Shown here: in pieces, positions 39,523-47,819 of the stretch | Numbering within the stretch: the stretch's first letter is position 1 | Layout of the letters: each line of letters begins with the position of its first letter | Source: Chloroflexota bacterium | Lineage (GTDB): Bacteria; Chloroflexota; UBA11872 | Reading direction: 5' to 3' | Length of the DNA: 51,629 nt | Assembly (NCBI GenBank): GCA_028875175.1 | Contig: JAPPFO010000031.1 | Coordinates: 1-51,629 of the forward strand | Translations under genes and position numbers: made by a program | Notes under the pieces: generated by a model | The model's input: only the letters and a program-made list of their open reading frames with translations | Databases searched by the model: none | What the model was told of the DNA's origin: nothing

Positions 39523-39572
39523 GATCTCATCCAGATCGTCCGGCCCGAGAGTCCGGGCGCTGATGAATGCTG

Positions 39573-39932
39573 CTATCCCAGCCGCCCGCGCAAGGCGCGT
39601 CCGCCCAACACGTGCACGTGCAGATGTGGCACCGTCTGGGCGCCGTCCCGCCCATGGTTGGTTGCCAGGCGATAACCCGATTCGGCCAGGTCTTCGGCTT
39701 GGGCAACCCTCACGGCCACCGACATCACGCGCCCCAGCAACGCCTCGTCGTCCCTCAACTGGTCAATGCTCGCCACGTGCCGCCGAGGCGCTACGAGCAG
39801 GTGCGCCGGCGCCTGCGGGTTGATATCTCGAAACGCAACCACCTGGTCGTCGCTATAGACGCGGTCGCTCGGAATGTCACCGCGCGTGATGGCGCAGAAA
39901 ACGCAGTCCTGTTCGCTGGCGCTGGCACTCAT
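39573..39932 (-). CDS. HIT-family (histidine triad) nucleotide hydrolase
   Basis: CVFCAI...DD.VVAFRDINPQAPAHLLV and the histidine triad HLHVHVLGG. ATGA overlap with the prmA stop. Confidence 0.9.
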   Translation of the reverse strand: MSASASEQDCVFCAITRGDIPSDRVYSDDQVVAFRDINPQAPAHLLVAPRRHVASIDQLRDDEALLGRVMSVAVRVAQAEDLAESGYRLATNHGRDGAQTVPHLHVHVLGGRALRGRLG

Positions 39933-40873
39933 TGGTTACGACCTCCCATGCCGTCATTGGTTTCCATTTCGATTGAGGGCGGTAACACCCTGGTGAAGTC
40001 GAGCAGGCGCCACTCCTCGGCTGCCACCGCCCGTCGCAGGTTGAAGTCGAAGGACCGCGCGGCCGCAATCACGTCCTCGACGCGAGTGTCAATCACCCCG
40101 CTAAGCAGCAGCCGCCCGGCGGGCGCTAGCAGCCCGGCGTATTCCGACATCAACTTCACGTGCACTGATGCCACGATGTTTGCCACGACCAGCGCGGCGA
40201 GCTCCGGTGTCCGAAGACGTGAACTCGGAACGGTTAGGTCGATCCGATCGGACACGCCGTTTCGCCCGAAATTGGCGGCCGCCGCCGGGCCTGCTTCGGG
40301 ATCTCGGTCGAACGCGTACACACGCGACGCTCCAAGCTTGGCCGCGGCGATAGCCAGCACGCCCGATCCCGTCCCAACGTCGACCACGACGTCACCCGGA
40401 TCCACCGAACCTTCCAAGGCCGCCAGCGCAAGTTGGGTCGTTGGATGACGTCCGGTGCCGAAGGCCATCGCGGAGTCGAGAAATATCGGGATCCGATCTG
40501 CCTGATCGGGCGGCTGCTCCAGCCACGCCGGGACAATCACCAGCCGGCGGCCAACCGCGACCGGCGCATAGGACTCGCGCCAGCGCGTACGGTACTCGTC
40601 AGCGTCGACGAACGCCTCCGACGCCGTGCCAACCACCCCGTCGCCGGCAATGCGTAGCATTTCGAGCGCTCGTAGCAATCTTCGGCGCGCGGCCGCCTGC
40701 CCCTGGCCTGGAGCCAGGTACGCGTGGGCGGTCACAGGCCACGCCCCCTCCGCCGACGGTGGTCCCGTTTCCACGGCGAACGTTCTGCCGACGAGTCGCT
40801 GCAGCGTCATGGATACATCGTCCAGCGCCTCTGGTCGCAGAGGAATGCTGATCGCCGCCCACTGGCCGCTCAC
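39929..40873 (-). CDS. prmA: Ribosomal protein L11 methyltransferase
   Basis: FGTGRHPTTQLAL followed by the SAM motif VVDVGTGSGVLAIAAAKLGA...AFDRDPEA. The GTG start overlaps the dnaJ stop. Confidence 0.87.
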   Translation of the reverse strand: MSGQWAAISIPLRPEALDDVSMTLQRLVGRTFAVETGPPSAEGAWPVTAHAYLAPGQGQAAARRRLLRALEMLRIAGDGVVGTASEAFVDADEYRTRWRESYAPVAVGRRLVIVPAWLEQPPDQADRIPIFLDSAMAFGTGRHPTTQLALAALEGSVDPGDVVVDVGTGSGVLAIAAAKLGASRVYAFDRDPEAGPAAAANFGRNGVSDRIDLTVPSSRLRTPELAALVVANIVASVHVKLMSEYAGLLAPAGRLLLSGVIDTRVEDVIAAARSFDFNLRRAVAAEEWRLLDFTRVLPPSIEMETNDGMGGRNQ

Positions 40874-41976
40874 CGAAAGGCGGCTCGGATCTTTTCGACG
40901 AAGCTGCGCCCGCCCGAATCGCTGCCGCCAGGCAAGGTGTCACGCAGGCGTTCAAGCAGGTCGCGTTGCTTCCGGTTCAGCTTGGTCGGGGTAGCCACGT
41001 GTACAAAAAGATAGTGGTCGCCTCGTCCTGACCCGCGCAGGCGCGGCGCGCCTTTGCCGCGTAGCCGAATCGGTGTTCCGGCCTGGATGCCGGCCGGAAT
41101 CTTGACGGAGTTGGGACCGTCGGCCGTCTCTACCTCCAGGTTGGCGCCCAGGGCCGCCTCGGCGACGTTGATCACGACGTTGCTCAGTATGTTGTCGCCG
41201 TCGCGCTCCAGCACGGGATGCGGCGTGACATCGATTCCGACATAGAGGTCGCCCGGCGAGCCCCCGCGCGGGCCGTGATTGCCCTCGCCGGTGAGTCGCA
41301 GTTCAGTGCCCGGCTGAAGTCCGGCCGGCACTCTGACCTTGCGCTCCACGGCGACGCGTTCCAGACCAATTCCCGTGCACGTTGGGCACTTGCTCTCGAC
41401 AACCTGCCCGGCGCCCCCGCAGGTGTCGCAGACCGTAACGTTGACGAACTGGCCGAAGATCGAACGCTGGGCACGCTGGACTTGGCCCGTACCTCGGCAA
41501 GGCGCGCAGCTCGTGGGCCTGGTTCCGGGCGCCGCGCCGTTTCCGTTACACGTGCCGCAGGGCTCAAGTCGCCGGTAACTAACGTCGATCTCAACCCCAA
41601 ACAGGCTCTCCAGGAAGTCCAGCTCGACCTCAACGCGCGCATCGGTTCCAGGCTGCGCTCCTCCGGGCCGTGGCCGTCGCGCGCCGCCAAAGAACGCGTC
41701 GAAGACATCACCGATCCCACCAAAGTCGTCAAACCCCGCACCGAAGGGCGCCCCCGGCCCGTCATGGCCGAATCGGTCGTAGTTCGCCCGTTTCTCCTTG
41801 TCGCGCAGTACCTCGTAGGCCTCGTTGATCTGCTGAAAACGAGCCGTGGCGTCGGATTCCCGGCTGACATCCGGATGATGCCGACGCGCCAGATCGCGAT
41901 AGGCCTTGCGAATCTCGTCTGGTCCGGCCGTGCGTTCGACGCCCAAGACGTCGTAGTAGTCGGGCTTCGTGCTCAC
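40870..41976 (-). CDS. dnaJ: Molecular chaperone DnaJ
   Basis: J domain DYYDVLGV...YRDLARRHHPDV, a G/F-rich region, and four CxxCxGxG repeats (CGTCNGNG, CAPCRGTG, CDTCGGAG, CPTCTGIG). Confidence 0.95.
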   Translation of the reverse strand: MSTKPDYYDVLGVERTAGPDEIRKAYRDLARRHHPDVSRESDATARFQQINEAYEVLRDKEKRANYDRFGHDGPGAPFGAGFDDFGGIGDVFDAFFGGARRPRPGGAQPGTDARVEVELDFLESLFGVEIDVSYRRLEPCGTCNGNGAAPGTRPTSCAPCRGTGQVQRAQRSIFGQFVNVTVCDTCGGAGQVVESKCPTCTGIGLERVAVERKVRVPAGLQPGTELRLTGEGNHGPRGGSPGDLYVGIDVTPHPVLERDGDNILSNVVINVAEAALGANLEVETADGPNSVKIPAGIQAGTPIRLRGKGAPRLRGSGRGDHYLFVHVATPTKLNRKQRDLLERLRDTLPGGSDSGGRSFVEKIRAAFR

Positions 41977-42656
41977 ACGGCCCCGCTGGCGTCGTCCTGC
42001 GATTGTTCAGCCGCGCCACCGTCTTCCGCTGGCGGCTCTTCCGCTTCGGGCTTCGGTCCGGCCTTTACGAGCGCAGGCCGGATCACCCGACCGTGCATTC
42101 GATATCCGCGCTGCATTTCGGCGACCACGGCTGTCGCTTCGGAATCCTCCGTCATCACGACTTCGTGAATCTCCACGTCAATTGGGTCGCCCGCACGGCA
42201 TGCAATCGGAGTCACTCCCGCGGTTTCCAGCACCCGACTCAGCTGCGCCTGGATCAGGGCCACCCCATCTATCCAGGTCAGCAGCCGTAGCTCGGAAGGG
42301 ATTGCCGCAAACGCGCGCTCCAGGGCGTCGAGAACACTCAGCAACTCAAATGCAAGCGCTTGATTCGCGAACTTGGCAACTTCCTGGGCCTCGTCCGTGG
42401 TCCGCCGCCGGTAATTCGCAAAGTCGGCCTGCGCGCGGGTCAGTCGATTGAGGAGATCTTGTCGGCGCGCATCCAATTGAGCGACCTGCGCCTTCAAATC
42501 CTCCAGCTCGTCCGTCGGAACGTCAGCGGCGCCATCGGCCTCCGGCGGCGGGACCGGTTCGTCTTCGTCGCTTGACGCGGACCGAGAGTCCGTGACTTTG
42601 ACTTCAATCGGCGGTTCGTCGTCGGCGCTGTCAGCGCCGTTCCTGTCAACTGCCAT
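41973..42656 (-). CDS. grpE: Nucleotide exchange factor GrpE
   Basis: Acidic N-terminus, coiled-coil LRTQADFANYRRR-type block (LTRAQADFANYRRRT), and C-terminal RGYRMHGRVIRPALV. Confidence 0.93.
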   Translation of the reverse strand: MAVDRNGADSADDEPPIEVKVTDSRSASSDEDEPVPPPEADGAADVPTDELEDLKAQVAQLDARRQDLLNRLTRAQADFANYRRRTTDEAQEVAKFANQALAFELLSVLDALERAFAAIPSELRLLTWIDGVALIQAQLSRVLETAGVTPIACRAGDPIDVEIHEVVMTEDSEATAVVAEMQRGYRMHGRVIRPALVKAGPKPEAEEPPAEDGGAAEQSQDDASGAV

Positions 42657-42683
42657 GCGGTTCAGGGATTCCGGGAGCGTTCA

Positions 42684-42701
42684 GCGCCATTTTACGGGCG
42701 C
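42684..42701 (-). promoter_or_regulatory. Inverted repeat overlapping a TAAAAT -10-like hexamer upstream of grpE
   Basis: GCGCC-attttacg-GGCGC. On the minus strand the loop reads CGTAAAAT, about 30 nt upstream of the grpE ATG at 42656. I see no good -35. Confidence 0.2.
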
Positions 42702-42752
42702 ATTTGCACACGGCCGGTGAGCCCGATTCTTTCAAGGAGCGCATCAGGGCGG

Positions 42753-45527
42753 TTACGGCGGCGGCGCAACGACCCGCACATCACCGGGCGTCACAACGAA
42801 ATCCGCGGTAGCGATGGCCCGCGAGCCAACCATGATCTCCACGCGCCAGGGGCCTGGCGCGGCCGTTGGCGGAAGCCCAAACCAGAAGCCGAATCGCGCC
42901 TGGGTGTAGGCCGGCTGCGGATCCGTCAGGAAGGTGCCTTGCAGGCTATCCCCAGCGAACCAGCGGATTCCCAGGCGCGAGCCCTGCACGACATTGGCGA
43001 ATTCAATCGAAACATTGACTCGCTCCCCGGGGTGGAATGTCAGCGTCGGCTGAATAGGCTCCTGCCCGGGCCCAAGCCGCAGAGCCAGCACAACGCTGTT
43101 GGCCTCGGCCGATTCATTCGCGCCAACGTCCAGCCCCGCCGTTGCGGTGGCGGTTGGCGTCGCCTGCTGTTCGGCCGAAACCGGCTCGGCGCCTGAACCT
43201 TCAGAGGTGAGTCGCCAGATCAGCCCGCGTGCCTCAAGCAAATACCCAATTCCATTCGGCCCCAATGCAATGTCCACCGACGTGAACAGCGGAATGTCGC
43301 GAGCCAGGTCGCCGGACTGCCCTTGGCCGAGCGGGTTGCCGGCAATGATCTGCGCGTGCCCGCCTGGGTCGATTCGGACAACCTGGCCGCTGCCGCTCGC
43401 CACGACATAAACGGCGCCTACCGAGTCCGTGGCGACCCCTAGCGGCGCGTCCAGCCCGATCTCGCGCGCCGGACCGTCCGCCGGCGCCTCCGACCGGCCG
43501 GATCCAGCCAGTGTGTCGATCACACCGTCGGAACGAATCCGGCGAACGATACCCGCGTGGAGTTGGCTGACGAACACCGACCCGTCGGCATCGAGTGCCA
43601 CGCGCTGCGGAAACCCCAGGGTGGCTTCTGTGGCCGGCCCACCGTCGCCCCCGTTGCCGTCCACGCCGCTTCCCGCCAATGTATGAACCAGGCCATCGGG
43701 ACGGATGACGCGCACTCGGTGTACCGGCCCGTCCACCACAACGAGCGATCCGTCAAAACCCAGCGCCAGGCCAACAGGCTCGGTGAACTGGGCGTCGCGG
43801 GCGGGACCGCCATCGCCGCCCACGCCCGGCTGGGAACCACCGGCAAACGTCGTGATGATGCCGTCCGGATCGATCTTGCGTACTCGGAAATTGCCCGCGT
43901 CAGCCACGTAGATCGATCCGTTCGAATCGACAGCCAGTGCCGATGGGCGGTTGAGCTGGGCCGCGACGGCAGTCAGGCCGTCGCCCGCGCTCCCGGGATC
44001 GCCGGTACCCGCGATCACGCGCATCGCCCCATCCGGATCCAGGCGCCGGATCCGATGGTTGCCCGTGTCGGCAATCAACAGGCGACCAATGCCGTCGATT
44101 GCGATGCCTCGCGGCGACGCCAGGGCGGCACTGAGTCGGAACTCGCCGTCGGCGGCGTTGCCGGATTCGCCCGTGCCGGCAAAGATCTCGGCCACCAGGT
44201 CACCGGCAAGCGGCGCTCCGCTTGGGAGAGCCGACGCGGGCGGCACAAAGGCGACCGGCGCGGGCTGCGCGTCGGGGGGTTGACTATCTGACGTCTGGGG
44301 TGCCGCTGCGTCCGCCCCCGACTGCGGCGCCGGCACCAGCGCACGAACCCGTCGGGCGCTCTGCTCAACAATCAGCAGGCGTCCATCGAGCGTCGGCGTG
44401 ACCGCGAGCGGCAGTGTCAGGCGCGACTCCAGGGCCGGTCCGCCGGACTCGACTCGGCCCCCTACCAGCCCGGCCACCGTCTGCATGGTGCCGTCTGGGT
44501 GAATCCGGCGGATGCGGCGGTTGTTCCAGTCGGCCACGAAAACCGCGCCGCTGGCGTCCACAACCACGCTTTGCGGTCCGTGGAGTTCCGCCGCCGTGGC
44601 CGGGCCGCCGTCACCCGCTCCGCCCGGGAATCCGGTGCCCGCAATCGTGTCGATCAGACCGTTGGTGGAGACCCGGCGAATTCGGTTACCGGTCAGCTCG
44701 GCGATCAGCAGATTGCCCTGTCCATCCACATCCACATCCACCGGCTGGTTGAGTGTTGCGGAAAGCGCGGGGCCGCCGTCGCCATCACTACCCGGGGCGC
44801 CAGTACCGGCCACGGTGGTCAGGTAGCCGCGGGTATCGATTCGGCGCACCCGGTTGGCCGCCCGCTCGGCGATAAACAGGTTGCCGTCGCCGTCGATCGC
44901 CATGCCCTCGTTGCCCGCCGTTCTGGCAAACGCGGCCGGTCCCCCGTCGCCTTCCAATCCCGCGTGCCCGTCCCCGAGAATCGTCGACACCAGCCCAGAC
45001 GCGTCGATACGGCGCACCCGATCGAGTTCGGCGACGAACAGCGTGCCGGCCTGGTCGACCAGCAACCGGCTCGGGTCCGTGAAGTCCGCCGCCAGCGCGT
45101 GTCCGCCGTCGCCCCCGAAGCCGCGGACTCCGGTTCCGGCCAGCGCCTCGATCACGCCGTCGGTGCGGATACGCCGAATCCGGCTGGCGCTGGGATCGGA
45201 CACATAGACCACACCGTCCGAACCGACCACGACGCCGCCCACGCTGCGGAACTGCGCCGCCAGCGCGGGCCCGCCGTCGCCCCCGTTGCCGATCTCACCG
45301 GTGCCCGCAAAGTCCGAGAGAATCGCCGGCAGCCCAACCGGCGGCGGCAGAGGCTGCGGCGTAGGTGCCAGATAGGGGGGCGGAGTGCGCACGGCGCCGG
45401 GATCGGCGGTCGGCGACGACTCGGCGCCAAAGCCGCCGATCTCGCAGGCCGTGGTCGCGGCGGCCGCGGCCAGCACGCCCAGCGCGCGGCGACGGGAAAT
45501 CGAGCCGGCGACCCCGCTAACGCGCAT
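42753..45527 (-). CDS. Tat-signal (probable lipo)protein with two six-bladed NHL-repeat beta-propellers and an unassigned C-terminal domain
   Basis: 924-aa ORF. The N-terminus SISRRRALGVLAAAAATTAC has a twin-arginine motif plus a Cys. It carries 12 repeats of the type AGTG.xG.xGDGGPA...L..P.gvavD..G.l.vaD..N.RIRRi..dG.i.T. The ATG overlaps the upstream transferase gene by 11 nt. Confidence 0.8.
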   Translation of the reverse strand: MRVSGVAGSISRRRALGVLAAAAATTACEIGGFGAESSPTADPGAVRTPPPYLAPTPQPLPPPVGLPAILSDFAGTGEIGNGGDGGPALAAQFRSVGGVVVGSDGVVYVSDPSASRIRRIRTDGVIEALAGTGVRGFGGDGGHALAADFTDPSRLLVDQAGTLFVAELDRVRRIDASGLVSTILGDGHAGLEGDGGPAAFARTAGNEGMAIDGDGNLFIAERAANRVRRIDTRGYLTTVAGTGAPGSDGDGGPALSATLNQPVDVDVDGQGNLLIAELTGNRIRRVSTNGLIDTIAGTGFPGGAGDGGPATAAELHGPQSVVVDASGAVFVADWNNRRIRRIHPDGTMQTVAGLVGGRVESGGPALESRLTLPLAVTPTLDGRLLIVEQSARRVRALVPAPQSGADAAAPQTSDSQPPDAQPAPVAFVPPASALPSGAPLAGDLVAEIFAGTGESGNAADGEFRLSAALASPRGIAIDGIGRLLIADTGNHRIRRLDPDGAMRVIAGTGDPGSAGDGLTAVAAQLNRPSALAVDSNGSIYVADAGNFRVRKIDPDGIITTFAGGSQPGVGGDGGPARDAQFTEPVGLALGFDGSLVVVDGPVHRVRVIRPDGLVHTLAGSGVDGNGGDGGPATEATLGFPQRVALDADGSVFVSQLHAGIVRRIRSDGVIDTLAGSGRSEAPADGPAREIGLDAPLGVATDSVGAVYVVASGSGQVVRIDPGGHAQIIAGNPLGQGQSGDLARDIPLFTSVDIALGPNGIGYLLEARGLIWRLTSEGSGAEPVSAEQQATPTATATAGLDVGANESAEANSVVLALRLGPGQEPIQPTLTFHPGERVNVSIEFANVVQGSRLGIRWFAGDSLQGTFLTDPQPAYTQARFGFWFGLPPTAAPGPWRVEIMVGSRAIATADFVVTPGDVRVVAPPP
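43197..45311 (-). repeat. 12 tandem NHL-type blade repeats (about 50-58 aa each; protein-level repeat inside the CDS), in two groups of six split by a Pro/Ala/Gln-rich linker (44184-44330)
   Basis: Residue counting on the translated ORF places blades 1-6 at residues 73-399 and blades 7-12 at residues 449-777. The recurring GDGGPA and RIRR(I/L)D..G strings are visible. Confidence 0.75.
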
Positions 45528-46929
45528 CGCCTCGCATCACGATCAGCAGCGTTCGCAAGAGAATGCGTAAATCGAAGAGCAAGGACCAATTCTCCACGTA
45601 GTACAGGTCATAGCGGGTGCGTTCCGCTATCGACGAGTCGCCGCGCATCCCGTTCACTTGCGCCCAGCCCGTCACCCCCGCGCGCTCGCGGTGCCGAACC
45701 ATGTAGCGCGAGAACTCGCCACGGAACCTCGACACGTAGTCGGGCTGCTCGGGACGCGGCCCAACCAGGCTCATATCACCGCGGATCACGTTAAGGAGCT
45801 GAGGCAATTCGTCAATCCAGTAGCGCCGGAGCAACCGCCCGACACGCGTTTGCCGAGGATCGTTGGCTACGGTCCAGGTCTGCCCGTACTCATCGGCGCC
45901 GCTGACCATGGTGCGGAACTTCACGATGGGAAAGGGCCGTCCGTCCCGGCCAACGCGCGTCTGCACGTAAAAGGCGGGCCCCCTGGAGTCTAGCTTGATG
46001 ATGAAGGCGATGAGCAGCATCGGCGCCGAGGTCACGACGAGGACGATGGCGGCTACCACCAGATCGAGGGTGCGTTTGGCGAAGCGGCTGAGGCCCCGCA
46101 GACGCACTTCGTTCACGGCAATGAGGGGAAGTCCGCCAACGCCGCCCTCGACCACCGGTGAAACCATGAGCTGAAAGAGGTCGGGCAGCAGCCAGACATC
46201 CGCGTAGGACGCCTCGACATCGCTCAGGATTGCCAGCAGGTCTTCGTGGGACAGCGATGGAATGGCCACGACAACCTTGTCAATTTCATGCTCCGCAATC
46301 AGGTCCGATAACGCGGTCGACGTGCCCAGAACCGGTAAGGCCTGGTCGCCGATGGACACCCGGGACTCGAAGTCGTCCAGGAACCCCACCAATTCATAGC
46401 GGCGGCTCGGATCCCGCAGCAGGCGTCCGCCTACTTCGCCTCCTTCGGCTCCGGCCCCGACCACCAGCACGCGCTGGACGCCAATGCCGCGTTGCGCCAG
46501 CAGGCGCAGGCACGTGGCCAGCAGTGAGCGGCCCATGGCGACGAAGACGATCCCAAGCAGCCACGCCATCGGCATGACGTTGCGCACGGATTCCAAGCGG
46601 TCGGTAAAGATGAAGAATGTGGCCGCCACAGCGAGAAGCGAGCCAATCGTCACCATGCCAACGCTGCGCGCCACCCGGTCCACGGCCCCGGCCGTCCGAA
46701 AACGCGAGTACATTCCCAGCGAGAGGCCACCGCCCACGGTGGCGAGCCCGAAGACGACGGCAACCGGCGCCAGGAACAGAAAGCGGTTGGGCGGCGCGCC
46801 ATCAAACCAGCCGAAGCGATAGCGAATGTAGTACGCCGCAACCAGCGCCAGCCCCACCGTACCCACATCGGCCGCCAGCGAGAACGTGGAAACGAGACCG
46901 CCCCAATTGCGCCGTGCCCACGTCGTCAT
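45517..46929 (-). CDS. Polyprenyl-phosphate glycosyl-1-phosphate transferase (WbaP/EpsB-type bacterial sugar transferase; priming enzyme)
   Basis: The C-terminal catalytic domain has KRTLDLVVAAIVLVV, IIKLDSRGPAFYVQTRVGRDGRPFPIVKFRTM, DPRQTRVGRLLRRYWIDELPQLLNVIRGDMSLVGPRP. The N-terminal TM helices are followed by a Rossmann-like VLVVGAGAEG. ATG 46929 gives an ATGA overlap. The ORF-track start at 47139 lies inside the upstream gene. Confidence 0.88.
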   Translation of the reverse strand: MTTWARRNWGGLVSTFSLAADVGTVGLALVAAYYIRYRFGWFDGAPPNRFLFLAPVAVVFGLATVGGGLSLGMYSRFRTAGAVDRVARSVGMVTIGSLLAVAATFFIFTDRLESVRNVMPMAWLLGIVFVAMGRSLLATCLRLLAQRGIGVQRVLVVGAGAEGGEVGGRLLRDPSRRYELVGFLDDFESRVSIGDQALPVLGTSTALSDLIAEHEIDKVVVAIPSLSHEDLLAILSDVEASYADVWLLPDLFQLMVSPVVEGGVGGLPLIAVNEVRLRGLSRFAKRTLDLVVAAIVLVVTSAPMLLIAFIIKLDSRGPAFYVQTRVGRDGRPFPIVKFRTMVSGADEYGQTWTVANDPRQTRVGRLLRRYWIDELPQLLNVIRGDMSLVGPRPEQPDYVSRFRGEFSRYMVRHRERAGVTGWAQVNGMRGDSSIAERTRYDLYYVENWSLLFDLRILLRTLLIVMRGDAR

Positions 46930-47819
46930 TCCGCGACGCCCGTTTCCCCTGGTGGCCAGGCCGCCAGCGACCGCACCACTCCGCCGCAGCCAAGGATAAG
47001 GATTCCACCCAGAACCAGGGAGCGGAGCGGCCACGGGTCGTCCCCGTGATGCTTCGCGTAGTAACGCCACATCGACCGATAAAACTCGACCCGAGTTCGG
47101 ACGGGTCGCTGACGCGACGACTGCCGCTTGTAGTGCCACACCCGCGCCGTCGAGACGTACAACGTGCCCCAGCCGGCATCCGCGAGCCGCCGCTGCAGGT
47201 CCAGGTCATCGCCGTACATAAAGAACCGGGGGTCGAATCCGCCTACCGCCGCAAATGCCTGGCGGCGAATCATCAGGCAGGCGCCGGACACGGCGTCAAT
47301 ATCGCTCACCGCCGCGGGCGACGACGCCTCGGGGTTGTATGGCTTGGTGATGCTCCGTCGCAACGCGCGTGGCGAACCCAGGAAGCGGTGCAGAGCGTTC
47401 GCCGGACGCGGAAAATTCCGTCGACCGGCCGGATCCAGCGATCCGTCGGCAAGCGTCAGCCTCGGCCCCGCCGCGGCGGCCGTCGGGCAGCGGTCGAGTT
47501 CACCAGCCATCGCCGCGATCGACTCCGACTCCGGCTCCGTATCCGGGTTCAGAAACAAGATCAGTGGCGCGGTCGTTGCGGCAGCCCCAATGTTATTCGC
47601 GCCTCCAAAGCCGAGCTCCGGCGAGCCGCGAATCGCCTGGACGTCGTCGCGAGCCTGCAGCATCGGCCACGTGTCGTCGCCGAATCCGTTATCCACTACC
47701 ACAACCTCTAGCGTCAGCCGGCCGGCCGCCGCCGCCAGACGGTCCAGGCATCGCGCCAGGAGGTCGCGCACGTTGAACGTGGTGATCACGACGGCTACGT
47801 CAGCGGCGGCTTTGGTCAT
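46926..47819 (-). CDS. Family 2 glycosyltransferase (rhamnosyltransferase-like)
   Basis: From ATG 47819: MTKAAADVAVVITTFNV, VVVDNGFGDDT, LFLNPDTEP, SGACLMIRRQAFAAVGGFDPRFFMYGDDLDL. ATGA overlaps occur at both ends. Confidence 0.85.
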   Translation of the reverse strand: MTKAAADVAVVITTFNVRDLLARCLDRLAAAAGRLTLEVVVVDNGFGDDTWPMLQARDDVQAIRGSPELGFGGANNIGAAATTAPLILFLNPDTEPESESIAAMAGELDRCPTAAAAGPRLTLADGSLDPAGRRNFPRPANALHRFLGSPRALRRSITKPYNPEASSPAAVSDIDAVSGACLMIRRQAFAAVGGFDPRFFMYGDDLDLQRRLADAGWGTLYVSTARVWHYKRQSSRQRPVRTRVEFYRSMWRYYAKHHGDDPWPLRSLVLGGILILGCGGVVRSLAAWPPGETGVAE

